Source of the DNA: Squalus acanthias
Taxonomy: Eukaryota
DNA length: 64,000 bases
Direction of reading: 5' to 3'
Assembly (NCBI GenBank): GCA_030390025.1
Contig: JASTWF010000361.1
Span: forward strand, 310,001 to 374,000
Both the position numbers and the translations under genes were made by a program. Within the stretch, counting starts at the first letter, position 1; each line of letters opens with the position of its first letter. Below are positions 61,912 through 64,000 of the stretch, one piece after another. The notes below the pieces were generated by a model, which did not search any database, was not told the DNA's origin, and saw only the letters and a list, made by a program, of their open reading frames with translations.

Positions 61912-62635
61912 TAACTTTGCCTGATCTTACAAGGTCATTGAACCTTTTACAGCACTGCAGCCATGTTCTGCTGCACACTGATCTGGAGGTGATCTCCCTT
62001 GTCAGCTGTACCCACACAGCCTTGGTTTCTTTCGGAGGCCTCTTCCTCCCAGATGAGGGGAAGAGTACCTCCCTGCTGGCTCTCACCCCCTCAACCAGCA
62101 TTCCCAGCGACTCATCTGAGAACCTCGGGGAGGCCCTTGCCTTGGAGTTGGCCATTGTTGAAGCTGAAAAAATGTTGGAGGTGGTGCAGCATCGACCAAA
62201 ATCCAGTGGAATGAGCCAAGGCAGCAAGCAGCACTTAAATGAAGCTGGATAAGTAACGTCAGCAGAGGCGAGTTTCAGTCCCAAAACACTAACTGGCCCA
62301 GGGGAACCCACACCTCTGAAATCAACTGGCCAATTAGGTGAAAATCACAATGTTTTTCCCACCTCTCAGTGGAGGCGAGTTTGGAACCCACCCAAACCGA
62401 AACCCGCCTCCAACGGGAAAATCGCCCCCATCCATTCGGCCGTGACTTCCACTTCAAAGACTATTTGAGGCGGTGTCTCAGCCAGCCCTTCCCCCACACC
62501 CTCTGACAGCACCTGCTGCTCACAGGGGCACTGCAAGACTCCAGACAGACACCACTTATTAATCAAAGTGTCATTATAGGCTGGAAAGGTTGGTGACATT
62601 AGATTCACACCATTTACAGCTGCTCTCGACCTATC

Positions 62636-63338
62636 TTTTTTTTAAATTTGTTTATGAGATGTGGGCATCGCTGGCAAGTCCAGCATTTATTGCCCATACA
62701 TAGTTGCCCTTGAGAAGGTGCTGGTGAGCCACCTTCTTGAACCGCTGCAGTCCATGTGGTGAAGGTACTCCCACAGTGCTGTTAGGGAGTTCCAGGATTT
62801 TGACCCAGCGACGATGACGGAAGGGCAAAATATTTCCAAGTCAGGATGGTGTGTGACTTGGAGGGGATGGTATTCCCATGCACCTGTTGCCCTTGTCCTT
62901 CTAGGTGGTAGAGGTCATGGGTTTGGGAGGTGCTGTCGAAGAAGCCTTGGCATGAGGGAATGGATGTTTAAGGTGGTGGATGGGGTGCCAATCAAGCGGG
63001 CTGCTTTGTCCTGGATGGTGTCACACTTCTTGAGTGTTATTGGAGCGGCACTCATCCAGGCAAGTGGAGAGTATTCCATCACACTCCTTACTTGTGCCTT
63101 GTAGATGGTAAGACCAGGTAAGGATGGCAGATTTCCTTCCCTAAAGGACATTAGTGAACCAGATGGTTTTTTACTACAATCGATAGTTTCATGGTTACCA
63201 TTACTGATACTAGCTTTTTATTCCAGATTTATTTAATTTAAATTTCCCAGCTGCTGTGGTGGGATTTGAACTCACGTCTCTGGATCATTTGTCCCGGCCT
63301 CTGGATTACTAGCCCAGTGACATTACCACTACGCTACC
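62636..63338 (-). mobile_element. tRNA-headed SINE-like element joined to a non-LTR retrotransposon 3' end
   Basis: A box TAGCGTAGTGG (63336-63326), anticodon arm CTGGG-CTAGTAA-TCCAG, B box GAGTTCAAATCC (63273-63262). Then RT-terminal peptide IYKAQVRSVMEYSPLAW, AATAAA and an A-rich end. Confidence 0.8.
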
Positions 63339-63340
63339 AT

Positions 63341-63610
63341 TTTGTTTCTTCACTTGTCTAATTGTTTAATCTCTCCTGCCTTCCAGCCTATCACAGACCT
63401 TCCTTTTGGTTCTTTCCTCCCCTCCCCCCTTTCCCTGCCTCTGTACTTTTAAAACCTGTTACATCTCTAACTTTTTCCAGTTCTGACGAAGGGTCATCGA
63501 GCTGAAACGTTAACTCTGTTTCTCTCTCCACAGATGCTGCCTGACCTGCTGAGTATTTCCAGCATTTTCTGTTTTTATTTCAGATTTCCAGAGTCCGCAG
63601 TATTTGTATT
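63341..63610 (+). mobile_element. Older Penelope-like 3' terminal fragment with a hammerhead motif (63479-63515)
   Basis: Similar to 49845-50100. AGTT-CTGACGA-A-GGGTC-ATC-GAGCT-GAAAC-GTT-AACT. Confidence 0.8.
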
Positions 63611-63885
63611 CGATTCACACCTCCGACCCGAGCCGGCTTCAGCTGACTGCAATTTGAGAGAAGCTGTTGCTGAAACTTGTTAGGACTGGTGTTAAATTAA
63701 CAGGAACATCAAGGAAGTGCTGACATTGCAATCAGTGAATTCCAATTTATATACATTGAACAATTCATCTTCATTAAAATCATCCTCAACTTTTAAAAAC
63801 ATCAAGAAGATTTTGTGTTTGAATATAGAATGGGGGAGAAGTTTGAACAAAAACTGCTCCCCCCAGACTTTCCATACCCTTTATA

Positions 63886-64000
63886 ACAATTTGCATTTAT
63901 ATAGCGCCTTTAACGTAGTAAAACGTCCCAAGGTGCTTCACAGGAGTATTCTAAAACAAAATTTGACACTGAGCCACATGAGATATTAGGGCAGGTGACC
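63886..64000 (-). mobile_element. 3' end of an L2-type LINE or L2-tailed SINE, cut by the window edge
   Basis: Reverse complement ends ...GTGAAGCACCTTGGGACGTTTTACTACGTTAAAGGCGCTATATAAATGCAAATTGT, resembling the conserved L2 3' tail. Confidence 0.6.

Larger units (their letters stand above)
55895..62155 (-). pseudogene. Harbinger Myb/SANT-like DNA-binding protein gene, spliced and disrupted (exon 1 at 62155-61916; later coding remnants ~56745-56655 and ~56500-55895)
   Basis: MANSKARASPRFSDESLGMLVEGV...W...RTWLQCCKRFNDL followed by a GTTAGT donor. LLTQAEEAALDIAG and a low-complexity/coiled-coil remnant downstream. Confidence 0.75.
50234..62429. mobile_element. PIF/Harbinger DNA transposon, complete but inactivated, with nested insertions
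   Basis: 15-bp TIRs GGGAGCGATTTTCCC (50234-50248) and GGGAAAATCGCCCCC (62415-62429). Convergent DDE nuclease and Myb/SANT-like genes. No clean TSD seen. Confidence 0.85.

Noticed and set aside
63255..63338. Functional tRNA-Thr gene
   Set aside because: Extra duplicated arm between the boxes, no convincing acceptor stem, and it continues into a retroposon body.

Overview
Gene-free, essentially all-repeat eukaryotic DNA. The repeat types (CR1 with octamer tails, GIY-YIG Penelope, two-gene Harbinger, L2 tail) suggest a vertebrate, probably a cartilaginous fish (inference). Positions 1-41622 are a 20/21-bp satellite (CTGG[G/A]CTAGTAATCCAGAGG[C])n with higher-order blocks, including a 2441-bp unit x3 and larger duplications. 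It hosts one intact Ty3/Gypsy element (35482-39922), two identically truncated duplicates of that element, and a short Penelope-derived insert carrying a hammerhead ribozyme. Positions 41623-64000 are nested transposons: a CR1 split by an inverted Penelope pair, two probable solo LTRs, a complete but dead Harbinger with nested CR1s (one 5'-inverted), a tRNA-headed SINE-like element and an L2-like end. Main observations: (1) the satellite monomer is identical to the tRNA-Thr(AGT)-like anticodon stem-loop in the SINE head at 63296-63317; (2) the Gypsy has no tRNA primer-binding site, but has an 11-nt stretch complementary to its own LTR (possible self-priming) and a YLDN RT motif; (3) the Penelope inverted pair shares one 14-bp target-site duplication. 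All coordinates and identities were read by eye, with no database searches.
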